Shown here: positions 19,060 through 29,049 of the stretch, one piece after another
Position numbering within the stretch: position 1 is the stretch's first letter
How the letters are laid out: every line of letters begins with the position of its first letter
Source: Candidatus Omnitrophota bacterium
GTDB lineage: Bacteria; Omnitrophota; Gorgyraeia; Zapsychrales; Fredricksoniimonadaceae
Length of the DNA: 64,000 nt
Assembly (NCBI GenBank): GCA_028865345.1
Contig: JAGWKL010000005.1
Coordinates: 21,577 to 85,576 of the forward strand
Reading direction: 5' to 3'
Notes under the pieces: model-generated
The model's input: the letters and a program-made list of their open reading frames with translations, nothing else
The model's database searches: none
Told to the model about the DNA's origin: nothing
Made by a program: the position numbers and the translations under genes

Positions 19060-22000
19060 TTGACCATGCTTAGAAAAATTTTGAGCCTGACCGTTATTTT
19101 CTGTTTTTTTCTCACAACTTTAACCCCCTATCCCAAAGCCCACGCAGATATAATGGCCGCCCTGCCGGCGCCCGGGACCATGGTCAATTTAAGCCCGGCT
19201 TACCAGCCTGTATTGATCAAGGGTTTGACCGTTCATAAAGACAATCCGTTCCTTTTTGATTTCATGGTGGATACCGGCAACAGCGGCATGACCGGCGCCC
19301 GGCTGAAGAAAGAAAGCGACCGCCTGGTCAAATACTTTTTCGCCTGCTTGACCATCCCCGAAAAAGATCTGTGGGTCAACCTTTCCCCATATGAAAAGAA
19401 CCGCATGATCCCCAGAGCCCTTGGTCAGACCGCGTTGGGACGCGATCTGTTGGCCGAAGATTATATCCTTAAACAGTTGACTGCTTCCCTAATATATCCC
19501 GAAAAAGACCTTGGCAGGACCTTCTGGAACAGGGTTTATGCAAAAGCCCGGCAGATGTACGGCACCACCCAGATCCCGGTGAATACCTTCAATAAGGTAT
19601 GGATCGTTGCTGATAAAGCTACTGTATATGAGCATGGCCAGACGGCGTTCGTGGTCAGGGGACACCTGAAGGTGATGCTTGAAAAAGATTATTTGGCCTT
19701 GAAGAAACATATGGCGGGTGCTGTTGAAGGCCGGGCGGGGTCTTCCCGGACCAATGACCTTGGCTCCCAGATTGTGCGCGAGATCGTCCTGCCCGAGATC
19801 GATAAAGAAGTGAACACGGGCAGGAATTTCGTTGCCCTGCGTCAGATATTTAATTCTCTTATCCTGGCCGCGTGGTACAAGAAGGAGCTCAAGCAGGCCT
19901 TGTTGAACCGGGTTTATGCCGATAAGAGCACCGTCAAAGGCATGAACCTGGCCGACCCTTCCGTCAAGGAAATGATCTATCAACGCTATCTGGAAGCGTA
20001 CAAGAAGGGTGTGTTCAATTATGTCAAGGAGTATACCCGGGCCGACGGCCAGGTGGTCCCCAGAAAATATTTTTCCGGCGGGTTTGTTTCAGATTTGAAA
20101 ATGACCGTAGACAAAGACCCTGCGGATGCGGCCCAGGCCGCCGAGCCGACGGGGAATATGGTGGACGTGTCCGTCGGGCTGAAGGTCAAAACCGGCGACC
20201 AGGCCATGACGCCCCAGACCAATGATTTCGATAATGCGTATGTCCTCTGGGACGAGCAGACCTCCCAGTTGGATGAACATACGGGCAAGGGCCTGGTCGG
20301 TGGAAAATCTTATCAGGCGGCCAGGTATTGGAAAGACGAACCGGCCAATAATCTGCGCAGTTTTTCCGCCACCGCCAAGGCTTCCATCGATTTTTTGAAT
20401 TCCAACCAGGATCTGCTTCCCGAGATATACCGTATCACCCGCGACCTTGATGCTTCCGATGAAACGGCCAGGGAAGAGGCCGGCGCCAGGATCCGAGCCT
20501 TGATCACGGGTACGCCCGTTCCTGCTGCCATTGAACAGGCCGTCCGCCAGGGCTACCGCAGATTGGTCAGCATCACGGACCAGCCGTTGGTGGCGGTGCG
20601 CAGCTCCGGGAAGGCGGAGGATATTTCCCTGAATGTCCCGGAACTGGCCGGGATCAATATGGGCGCCAATGCCGGGCAGCATGACACCTTCCTTGGGGAA
20701 ATGGGCGCAGATGCGGTCATTAAACGCTGGAGGGACTGTATCGCTTCGCTGTATACGGCCCGGGTCCTTGGCTACCGCGACAGCATGATGGTCTTCAGCG
20801 CCTTCGGCAAGATTCTGCCCAACAAACAATTGACCGCGGAGATCATTGCCAAGCTAAAGACAGGCAACGATGAGGACAGGCTTGTGGCCCGCGCCATTGA
20901 GGAAAAGAACATAGGGATCATCTCTTCTTTAAGATTATTGCATGCCTTGCAGCGCAACGGTTTTCAGGAAGCGGCGAAGCTGGTCAGTGAAGCGCGCGAG
21001 GATTTCATCAAGATCGCAAACATAGCCATGGGGGTCACGATCATGCCCATGGCCGGCGTTGACATTTCCTTCGTGGCCTTCGGGCATGACATGACCTCCT
21101 ACTGGACGGCGAAGGATTTCCAGGACGTTTCTCCCGAGGAATATCTTAATAAAGGCCGGGTGGTGACTGTCACCACCAATTACGGCCTGGGGGAATCTAT
21201 CGTGCAGGGGGCTGCCATGCCCGATACGTTTCTGGTGCACATTTTTAAAGATTCAAGCGGGGAACATGTCAATATCCTTTCCCGGACCCTGGGCACGAAA
21301 AGCGTGCAGACCGTATATGTCGCCCCTGTCATGGAGGCTCTCGGTCTCAACCATGCTTCGGTGAAACTGTTCCTGGAATTATTGGGGGCCGGGGATGTCA
21401 CGGCCTTCAGCGGCTTGGGCAACGCAAAGGATTATAACGAGATGCATCTTAAGAAGGGGGCCGATCTGGTCGTCATCAAAGACGTCCTGGAACGGTTGAT
21501 CAAAGAAAAGGTCGATGGGACATCCTCTGTGAAGATCACGGCCGATGAGCTGTCCCAATTCACGTATACCAGGGAAGAATTGGATAAACTGGCGCACCTT
21601 TTAAAGGCGTTCCAGAAGGACCCGGAGATCAAGACCATGTTCACGGACGTCCCGGAGGAGTTGCGCAACCAGTTTTCGGCCAGCGATGAGCAGGTCCGCA
21701 AGATCGCCCTGGAGTTCATGAAAAAGGCCAAAGATTTTCACGATCTCGTGGATATGGAAGGCGCCGTGGGCAAGAATTTCAGCCGGCTCAACGTCGCGGT
21801 GACGACCCAGCGCCGCCCCTCCAATGTGGACAAAGGCGACGTCAAGGAACCACGGATGATCAATATCCATTACACCTATGTGAAGGCCGGCGACGTCGAT
21901 AAGATCCGTGCCGGGAAGGAACGCATCACCAAGGCCGACGGACAGTTGACGAACATTGTGGTCGGTGAACAACTGGTCCAGGGCATCCCCACCCGCAACA

Positions 22001-25000
22001 GTTTTTCGGGGACGATTTACAAGATCGATGACTCCAAGGACCTGACGCCCCAATTTGAGGAGATCAAACGTCTGGCCGATGAAGGCCATAAGATCATTAT
22101 CCGTACCAATGAGACGACTCCGGACTATATCGATGTGTTGAAATATAAAAATGTGGTGGGGGTCATCGCCAATTCAGGCGGGGCGACCTCGCACGCGGCG
22201 GTCGTTTCCAGGGAGCTTGGTATCGCCACGGTGGTGGGCATTCAGAGCTGGCTGGACAGGCTGGCCGATACCCTGGGCCCGCAGAAGGCTATGGAGATCA
22301 AGGAATATCTCGATACGACCGGGAGCATTGTGACCGTGGACGCCAATGCCGGCGAAGAAACGGGTTTGGGTACCGTTTATGCAGGCCAGTTGCCCATCAG
22401 TACGCGCAACATCGAGATAGACATATCACGCCTTCCTTATATTTACACCAAGATCGGCTATATCATGGGCATGCCCCATCCGATGCTGGCCATGTCTAAA
22501 ATGTCTCAATATAAGGGATATTACGGGGTGGCGCTGATGCGCGGGGAGTTCGCTTACGCGGAGGAAGGCATCAATCCGCGGGCGGGGCGCGCCTATGATC
22601 TGATGCTGGTGGATGATTATTTGAAGACGTACAGGGACAACAATGCAGCCAAAGCTTATTATGAAAAATTGGGGCGGGCGGAAAGAGAAGCCCTCGACAC
22701 CTTCAGGACCCTTCTTGAACGAAGGGCGGATCTGCGCGCCCGGGGGCAGGACATTCCTTTGGATGAAACACAACGGTACATCGAGCAGTTCAAGAATAAG
22801 CGTCCGGGGGCTTTTTTAAAGAGCCTCTCCACCTACCAGCAGACGGACATTGAGCTGCTGAGGGAGCACAGCGAAGATGTGGGGAAATTGACCAAACAGA
22901 TCGTCGGGTATTTGTCGTACAATGAGTTTTTTGAAGCGGTGCACGGCGGGGCGGTGGCGACCATGGCCGCAGCCAACAGCCAGGAAAACGATACCGTCGT
23001 TTATCGCAGCATCGACTTCAAGAAAAACGAAGCGGCCGAACTGATCGGCTCCAAGATCTTTGACCCTATCCCCGAGCCCGCCACCATGATCGGTGAGCGC
23101 GGCGCCCGCTGGCTTTTAAAGCCGGAGAACAGGGTCATCCTTGTCGAAGAGATCCACATGCTCCTGCGGCAGGTCGACCGGGGTTATAAAAATATCGGTT
23201 TCATGTTCCCCTTTGTGTCTACTCCCCACGAGTTGGACCAGCTTTTGACCATATTGGATAATGAAGAAAGGAGTTTCAGTCTCCAGGAGAACAAACCTTT
23301 ATATTTAAGGGAAGTCGGACAAATGGTGGAACTGCCCAGCAACATCGTGGAGGCAGAACAGTTCATCCAGGTTCTCAAGAGGCACGAAGCCAGGACCAAA
23401 GCGTGGTTCAAGGAGAAGTTTTCCGTGGACATCAAGCGCAGCAGCTTTCTGTCCTTCGGGACCAATGACCTGACTCAGTTGACCCTCGGTGCGGACAGGG
23501 ACAATCCCAAAATGAGGCAATTGTTCAATGAGGCCAACCCCTTTGTCATCGAATCCATCCGCCACGTGGTCAATATGGCCAATAAATACGGGATCAAATG
23601 CGGGCTTTGCGGCCAGGCGCTGGTGAACCTGGTCAATGTGGACCCTGATGCGGCGGAGGAGATCCTCATGCTCCTCGGTTCCACGGGAGGGTATGCCGGG
23701 ACGGACTATCTGGGCACCCTGGCGGCCATCACCCGTTCCGCGAGCGCGACCCTGAAACACGGGGTGGTGGCGGATGAAGTGGCTGCCTCGGCGCAACCGA
23801 TCGCCCTGCACATTGAGTCCACCTTGGAGCACGGGGCGGCCGCCCGTCCTTTGTATCAGGTGACAACCCACGAGGATCTGGACAAAACCTATTTGGGTGA
23901 TTTTATCTTCGTCCATAACGGTATTTTGTCGGGTTTTGAAAAGGACGAGAAGTTAAAGCAGCAGCTTTCCCGTTTGGGGGCCATTATCTACAGCGATGAT
24001 AAACTGGCCGACGTGATCAAGACCGTCAGCAAGACCTTACGCGTGCCGGCCGTTAAGGTGGATGCAGGCGCCGACCGCCTCGCCGCTGTATCTAACGGAG
24101 ATAAAGTCACCATTGATTTCAACCGCCATGCCATTTACAGAGGCGCCCTGGAGGTTTCCATCGATGTGCCTGAAATAGCCAGCAAGATCGACGTCAACGC
24201 CAAACACCATCCGGAATTAAAGCGCATCGACTTTAACGAGACCTTCCGCGCTTCGGACTTGTACAAAAGCCTGGGCATCTATCCGACGGCTTTCCTGGCC
24301 TTTGATGACCCGAAAAAGCAAGGTGAGCTCGACCCTGAGACCATCGCCGAGATCAGGCATTTGATGCGCGAAACGCAGAGTTCTTCGGCCGTAGGAGTCC
24401 TGCGCCATGAGATCCAAAAGAGGATCACCTCTCAAATGGTCCAGCCTGATGCCAGAATGGTTTATGAGACCATGGACCTGCAGAGTGATGATCAGATCAA
24501 GCTGCTGGGCCATAAAGCCATGGGCGCCGTGGAAGAGGTCAACCCGCCCTTAGGGTTCAACGGCCTGGAAGCTTTGATGGACGACCCTCAATTGAGGGAA
24601 CTCTTCAAGGTCGAGATGTCCACCGTCAAGGGGCTGATCGACAAGGGGTATAATATTTCTATTCAATTCAACGGCATCAAGACCCCCAAGAGCCTGCAGG
24701 AGGCCATGGCGATCCTAAAGGAGATCGGCATTGATCCCTCCAAGGTCAAGGTGGGCATGAATACAGCCTGGCCCGGCAATTATCTTTTCCTGCAGGAATA
24801 CCTGGCCCAGGGGCTTTCCTTTGTGACCGTGGATGAAAGGAAGTTGGCCCAAGCGTATCTGGCGGCCGATCTTTATAAGAACGAAAGGGTCCGCGATACT
24901 TATGCATGGAACAATATCAAGGCGGACATGAATTATCCCGAAAGGATGATCGAACAGGCCGTTGCTGATTATTCCGCCAGAAAGCACGATGTCTTCATCC

Positions 25001-25317
25001 GGACCATCCCCTTTGATTCTGCCATGACAGCGCCCCCTGAAATGCCTGTTGCCGCCGTGAGGACGCAAGCGGCCGTCCCGCCGGGCGGTATCGACTTAAA
25101 TACCGCCAACATGGCCATGACGGTGACCAAAGACGCCGACGGCGGAGTAAAGGTGCTTACGCAGTCGAAACAATTGGGCCTTTTGATCGCGCGCATCAAG
25201 ACCAGGGGGGTATTCTCGGCGGACCCTGTCATTATCCGTATCACGCCCATAAGCCGCGCGCAGATATCGCCTTTGTTGGGCTTGCGGGTGTCACCGGCCC
25301 GGTCGGCCCAGGTTTAA
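19060..25317 (+). CDS. 2085-aa exported multidomain protein containing a phosphoenolpyruvate synthase / pyruvate,water dikinase core
   Basis: Signal peptide (...PKAHA); LVGGKS, VAVRSSGKAED, AGQHDTFL, YGLGESIVQG; phospho-His GGATSHAAVVSRELG; barrel MIGERGAR, MVELPS, SFGTNDLTQ, GLCGQ. Confidence 0.9.
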   Translation: MTMLRKILSLTVIFCFFLTTLTPYPKAHADIMAALPAPGTMVNLSPAYQPVLIKGLTVHKDNPFLFDFMVDTGNSGMTGARLKKESDRLVKYFFACLTIPEKDLWVNLSPYEKNRMIPRALGQTALGRDLLAEDYILKQLTASLIYPEKDLGRTFWNRVYAKARQMYGTTQIPVNTFNKVWIVADKATVYEHGQTAFVVRGHLKVMLEKDYLALKKHMAGAVEGRAGSSRTNDLGSQIVREIVLPEIDKEVNTGRNFVALRQIFNSLILAAWYKKELKQALLNRVYADKSTVKGMNLADPSVKEMIYQRYLEAYKKGVFNYVKEYTRADGQVVPRKYFSGGFVSDLKMTVDKDPADAAQAAEPTGNMVDVSVGLKVKTGDQAMTPQTNDFDNAYVLWDEQTSQLDEHTGKGLVGGKSYQAARYWKDEPANNLRSFSATAKASIDFLNSNQDLLPEIYRITRDLDASDETAREEAGARIRALITGTPVPAAIEQAVRQGYRRLVSITDQPLVAVRSSGKAEDISLNVPELAGINMGANAGQHDTFLGEMGADAVIKRWRDCIASLYTARVLGYRDSMMVFSAFGKILPNKQLTAEIIAKLKTGNDEDRLVARAIEEKNIGIISSLRLLHALQRNGFQEAAKLVSEAREDFIKIANIAMGVTIMPMAGVDISFVAFGHDMTSYWTAKDFQDVSPEEYLNKGRVVTVTTNYGLGESIVQGAAMPDTFLVHIFKDSSGEHVNILSRTLGTKSVQTVYVAPVMEALGLNHASVKLFLELLGAGDVTAFSGLGNAKDYNEMHLKKGADLVVIKDVLERLIKEKVDGTSSVKITADELSQFTYTREELDKLAHLLKAFQKDPEIKTMFTDVPEELRNQFSASDEQVRKIALEFMKKAKDFHDLVDMEGAVGKNFSRLNVAVTTQRRPSNVDKGDVKEPRMINIHYTYVKAGDVDKIRAGKERITKADGQLTNIVVGEQLVQGIPTRNSFSGTIYKIDDSKDLTPQFEEIKRLADEGHKIIIRTNETTPDYIDVLKYKNVVGVIANSGGATSHAAVVSRELGIATVVGIQSWLDRLADTLGPQKAMEIKEYLDTTGSIVTVDANAGEETGLGTVYAGQLPISTRNIEIDISRLPYIYTKIGYIMGMPHPMLAMSKMSQYKGYYGVALMRGEFAYAEEGINPRAGRAYDLMLVDDYLKTYRDNNAAKAYYEKLGRAEREALDTFRTLLERRADLRARGQDIPLDETQRYIEQFKNKRPGAFLKSLSTYQQTDIELLREHSEDVGKLTKQIVGYLSYNEFFEAVHGGAVATMAAANSQENDTVVYRSIDFKKNEAAELIGSKIFDPIPEPATMIGERGARWLLKPENRVILVEEIHMLLRQVDRGYKNIGFMFPFVSTPHELDQLLTILDNEERSFSLQENKPLYLREVGQMVELPSNIVEAEQFIQVLKRHEARTKAWFKEKFSVDIKRSSFLSFGTNDLTQLTLGADRDNPKMRQLFNEANPFVIESIRHVVNMANKYGIKCGLCGQALVNLVNVDPDAAEEILMLLGSTGGYAGTDYLGTLAAITRSASATLKHGVVADEVAASAQPIALHIESTLEHGAAARPLYQVTTHEDLDKTYLGDFIFVHNGILSGFEKDEKLKQQLSRLGAIIYSDDKLADVIKTVSKTLRVPAVKVDAGADRLAAVSNGDKVTIDFNRHAIYRGALEVSIDVPEIASKIDVNAKHHPELKRIDFNETFRASDLYKSLGIYPTAFLAFDDPKKQGELDPETIAEIRHLMRETQSSSAVGVLRHEIQKRITSQMVQPDARMVYETMDLQSDDQIKLLGHKAMGAVEEVNPPLGFNGLEALMDDPQLRELFKVEMSTVKGLIDKGYNISIQFNGIKTPKSLQEAMAILKEIGIDPSKVKVGMNTAWPGNYLFLQEYLAQGLSFVTVDERKLAQAYLAADLYKNERVRDTYAWNNIKADMNYPERMIEQAVADYSARKHDVFIRTIPFDSAMTAPPEMPVAAVRTQAAVPPGGIDLNTANMAMTVTKDADGGVKVLTQSKQLGLLIARIKTRGVFSADPVIIRITPISRAQISPLLGLRVSPARSAQV

Positions 25318-25442
25318 TTTTCTCTCCAGGCGATATTCAGCAATGTTAGCTCTTGCCAAAATGCCCCAATCGTGCTATTCTAAATACGTCAAAAAGTGAA
25401 GTATATAAGCCTTAAAAAGGTTACTGTCAAGGAGTGTTTTAA

Positions 25443-26036
25443 ATGGAAATTAAAACCATGATCCAGAGCACACCCAACCCCAACGCGCTCAAATTCGTAT
25501 TGAATGTACCTGTTAAAACCACCGGCAAGGTCACCTATAAAAATGCCGCCCAATGCGCGCATAATCCGATGGCGGCGGGCTTGTTTACCATCCCCAATAT
25601 CACGGAAGTTTATTTTTTTGACAATTATGTCACCGTGACCCAGGACGGCAGGGTTGATTGGGAAGAAATTGAAGAGCAGATCAAGAAGATCATCCTGGAA
25701 TACGCGCCGGACCACAACCCGGATTTTGAGGTCCAAGAGGAGAAAAAACCTTCGGCGCCTGTTTCCGACAATCCTGAGATCGCCAAGATCAACGCGATTT
25801 TGGACAATACCATCCGCCCCGGGCTTCAAATGGACGGCGGGGACCTTCAGATCGTGAGCTTCGAGGGGACCAATTTGATCGTGAATTACCAGGGGGCGTG
25901 CGGTTCGTGTCCCAGTTCCACCATGGGAACGCTTAAAGTGATCGAGAGCATTTTGCGCGATCAATATAATCCTGAGATCACGGTGCAAACCGAAGGTGGA
26001 ATGATAGGAGGGGACGCCCATGGAGAGCCTTATTAA
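25443..26036 (+). CDS. NifU/Nfu-type Fe-S carrier
   Basis: TPNPNALKF Nfu_N domain plus IRPGLQMDGGD...GACGSCPSS. Confidence 0.93.
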   Translation: MEIKTMIQSTPNPNALKFVLNVPVKTTGKVTYKNAAQCAHNPMAAGLFTIPNITEVYFFDNYVTVTQDGRVDWEEIEEQIKKIILEYAPDHNPDFEVQEEKKPSAPVSDNPEIAKINAILDNTIRPGLQMDGGDLQIVSFEGTNLIVNYQGACGSCPSSTMGTLKVIESILRDQYNPEITVQTEGGMIGGDAHGEPY

Positions 26037-26367
26037 TAAAAAATGCACGCCTTGCGAAGGCGCCGGCAGGGCCTTTACCGCGGATGAGGTCAAGGATCGT
26101 TTGCCGGAAATTCCCGGCTGGAGCATGGGATTTGACGGCAAAACCATCGAACGCGCAATGACGCTCAAGAATTTCATTGCCTGTGTCAATTTTATCAATA
26201 AAATCAAAGACATCGCCGAAGATGAAATGCACCATCCGGATTTGCATTTGACGGGGTATAAGAATTTGAAAGTGGTTTTATATACGCATGCGCTTGGCGG
26301 AGTTACCGAGAATGACTTGATCGTGGCCGCCAAGATCAACCAACAATTGATGGGGAGTCATGTTTAA
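26020..26367 (+). CDS. Pterin-4a-carbinolamine dehydratase
   Basis: CTPCEG, EMHHPDLHL, YTHALGGVTENDLIVAAKI. Confidence 0.92.
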   Translation: MESLINKKCTPCEGAGRAFTADEVKDRLPEIPGWSMGFDGKTIERAMTLKNFIACVNFINKIKDIAEDEMHHPDLHLTGYKNLKVVLYTHALGGVTENDLIVAAKINQQLMGSHV

Positions 26368-26818
26368 GATCAACCGTAAACTGGAATATGCGTTGATTTC
26401 CCTTAAGGCAATGAGCGCCAAATCACCGGGCCAGCTCACCTCAGCCAAGGAAATTTGCGATATTTACCGTACCCCCTTTGACCCCACGTCGCGCGTGCTG
26501 CAGATCATGGCCCAGCATGAGATCGTGCGTGCCGAACAGGGCGCGCACGGAGGGTACCAGATTATGAAAGATTTGGGCAAAATCACCCTTTATGACCTGA
26601 CCCAGATCATCGAAGGGCCGATCCAGATCGTTAATTGTTTTCACGGCAACTATTCGCATTGCGACATGACGTCCCAATGCAATGTCATCTCGCCCATGCT
26701 GAATTTGAATGAACGGATCGCGGAAATGTTCAAGACCATCAATGTGTACCAGCTCATCTCTTCGCGCAACCAGGGCGAGAAAATGATACGTTCCAAACCT
26801 TTTATGCAGGAGGCTTGA
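26360..26818 (+). CDS. Rrf2-family regulator (IscR-like, three Cys)
   Basis: [14 protein letters not shown]-x7-C-x5-C. Confidence 0.9.
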   Translation: MFKINRKLEYALISLKAMSAKSPGQLTSAKEICDIYRTPFDPTSRVLQIMAQHEIVRAEQGAHGGYQIMKDLGKITLYDLTQIIEGPIQIVNCFHGNYSHCDMTSQCNVISPMLNLNERIAEMFKTINVYQLISSRNQGEKMIRSKPFMQEA

Positions 26819-26835
26819 GCGCCCGAGGAATACAT

Positions 26836-28293
26836 ATGTCGGAAACCATCAAACAAAAAGAACTTCAAGATAATAAGCTGGCCGGAGACTACCGGTACGG
26901 GTTCCATACGGTCATCGAAGAGGACAAGGCACCCAAAGGCCTGAATGAGGACATCGTATGCTTGATTTCCGCCAAAAAAAAGGAGCCTGAGTGGATGCTG
27001 GAATGGCGTCTGAAAGCCTTCCGCCATTGGCGACAGATGCAGGAGCCTGCCTGGCCCAATTTTGAGTACGGCCCCATTGATTATCAGGACATTTATTATT
27101 ATTCCGCGCCCAAGCAGAAGAAGGAAAATCCTAAAAATTTGGCCGAGGTGGATGAGGAACTGCTGAAGACCTTTGACCGCCTGGGCATACCTTTGACGGA
27201 GCAGAAACGCCTGACAGGGGTGGCGGTGGACGCAGTTTTCGACAGCATTTCCGTGGGGACGACCCACCAAGGCGAGTTGGCCAAGCACGGTATTATTTTC
27301 TGTTCCATGTCCGAAGCGGTGGCGCACCATCCACAGCTTGTCAGAAAATATTTGGGTTCGGTCGTGCCTTATACCGACAATTTCTTTGCTTCCCTGAACT
27401 CTGCGGTTTTCTCCGATGGTTCTTTTTGTTATATCCCCAGGGGCGTGCGCTGCCCATTGGAGTTGTCCACGTACTTTCGCATCAATGCCGAAGATACCGG
27501 CCAGTTTGAGCGCACGCTGATCGTCGCTGAAGACAGCAGTTATGTCAGCTACCTGGAGGGCTGCACCGCACCGATGCGCGACACCAACCAGTTGCACGCG
27601 GCAGTCGTGGAGTTGGTGGCGCTGGACAATGCCGAGATCAAATATTCGACCGTGCAGAACTGGTATTCCGGGGACAAGGAAGGCCGCGGCGGCATCTATA
27701 ACTTTGTCACCAAGCGCGGGGCCTGCAGGGGAGTCAATTCCAAAATTTCCTGGACGCAGGTGGAGGCCGGCAGCGCCATCACCTGGAAATATCCCAGCGT
27801 CATTTTACAGGGGAACAATTCCGTGGGAAAATTTTATTCCGTGGCCCTGACCAATAATCATATGTCCGCGGACACGGGCACCAAGATGGTTCATATCGGA
27901 AAGAACACCAAAAGCACCATTGTCTCTAAAGGCATCTCTTCGGATTTTGCGCATAACAGTTACCGCGGCTTGGTCAAGATCATGCCGACGGCCGATGGGG
28001 CCCGTAATTTCTCCCAATGCGATTCCATGCTGGTGGGGAACCATTGTTCAGCCAATACTTTTCCTTATATTGAGGTCAAAAATAATACCGCTGTCCTGGA
28101 GCACGAAGCCTCCACCTCCAAGATCAACGCCGAACAGATGTTCTATCTGCGTTCGCGCGGCCTGGACCTGGAAGAGTCGGTGTCTCTGATTATCAACGGA
28201 TTCTGCAAGGACGTATTTAAAGAACTGCCCCTGGAATTCTCCGTCGAGGCAGTCAAACTGCTGGAAATGAAGCTGGAAGGGAGTGTCGGGTAA
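26836..28293 (+). CDS. sufB: Fe-S cluster assembly protein SufB
   Basis: [35 protein letters not shown]. Confidence 0.98.
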   Translation: MSETIKQKELQDNKLAGDYRYGFHTVIEEDKAPKGLNEDIVCLISAKKKEPEWMLEWRLKAFRHWRQMQEPAWPNFEYGPIDYQDIYYYSAPKQKKENPKNLAEVDEELLKTFDRLGIPLTEQKRLTGVAVDAVFDSISVGTTHQGELAKHGIIFCSMSEAVAHHPQLVRKYLGSVVPYTDNFFASLNSAVFSDGSFCYIPRGVRCPLELSTYFRINAEDTGQFERTLIVAEDSSYVSYLEGCTAPMRDTNQLHAAVVELVALDNAEIKYSTVQNWYSGDKEGRGGIYNFVTKRGACRGVNSKISWTQVEAGSAITWKYPSVILQGNNSVGKFYSVALTNNHMSADTGTKMVHIGKNTKSTIVSKGISSDFAHNSYRGLVKIMPTADGARNFSQCDSMLVGNHCSANTFPYIEVKNNTAVLEHEASTSKINAEQMFYLRSRGLDLEESVSLIINGFCKDVFKELPLEFSVEAVKLLEMKLEGSVG

Positions 28294-29048
28294 TGCTGGA
28301 AATCAAGGATCTGCACGCCGGTATCGAAGGCAAAGAAATTTTGAAAGGAATATCCCTCACCGTCAATGCCGGCGAGGTGCACGCGATCATGGGGCCTAAC
28401 GGCTCGGGCAAGAGCACCTTGTCCAAGGTGCTGGCCGGGCATCCGCAGTATGAGGTCACGGGCGGTTCCATCGCCTATGAGGCCAATTTCAAAAAGCTCG
28501 AGCTGACGGGCATGGAACCCGACCAGCGCGCCCGGGAAGGCATCTTTCTGGCATTTCAATACCCGGTCGAAATTCCCGGCGTTTCCAGTTCCGTGTTTTT
28601 ACGCGCGGCGTTCAATGCCATTTGCCGCCACCAGGGCGCCGAAGAAATGGACCCCATAGATTTCGACAAATATGTCCGTGAAAAAATGAAATTGCTTCAG
28701 ATGGATGATAAGTTTCTCGACCGTCCGGTCAATGTGGATTTCTCCGGAGGAGAAAAGAAACGCAACGAAATCCTGCAGATGGCCGTCTTGAACCCGCGCT
28801 TGGCCGTCCTGGATGAGACCGACTCCGGCCTGGACATCGATTCCATGAAAATCGTGGCCGAAGGCGTCAATAAACTGCGTCGCAAGGACAATGCCGTTAT
28901 TGTGATCACCCATTATCAACGCCTGCTTAATTATATCCAGCCTGATTTTGTCCATATCCTTTATGACGGTAAGATCGTCAGGTCCGAGGGCAGGGAATTG
29001 GCCCTGGAAGTCGAGAACCGCGGTTATGACTGGCTGATTAAAAGGTGA
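28293..29048 (+). CDS. sufC: Fe-S assembly ATPase SufC
   Basis: GPNGSGKST, FSGGEKKRNE, LDETDSGLDID. Confidence 0.98.
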   Translation: MLEIKDLHAGIEGKEILKGISLTVNAGEVHAIMGPNGSGKSTLSKVLAGHPQYEVTGGSIAYEANFKKLELTGMEPDQRAREGIFLAFQYPVEIPGVSSSVFLRAAFNAICRHQGAEEMDPIDFDKYVREKMKLLQMDDKFLDRPVNVDFSGGEKKRNEILQMAVLNPRLAVLDETDSGLDIDSMKIVAEGVNKLRRKDNAVIVITHYQRLLNYIQPDFVHILYDGKIVRSEGRELALEVENRGYDWLIKR

Positions 29049-29049
29049 T

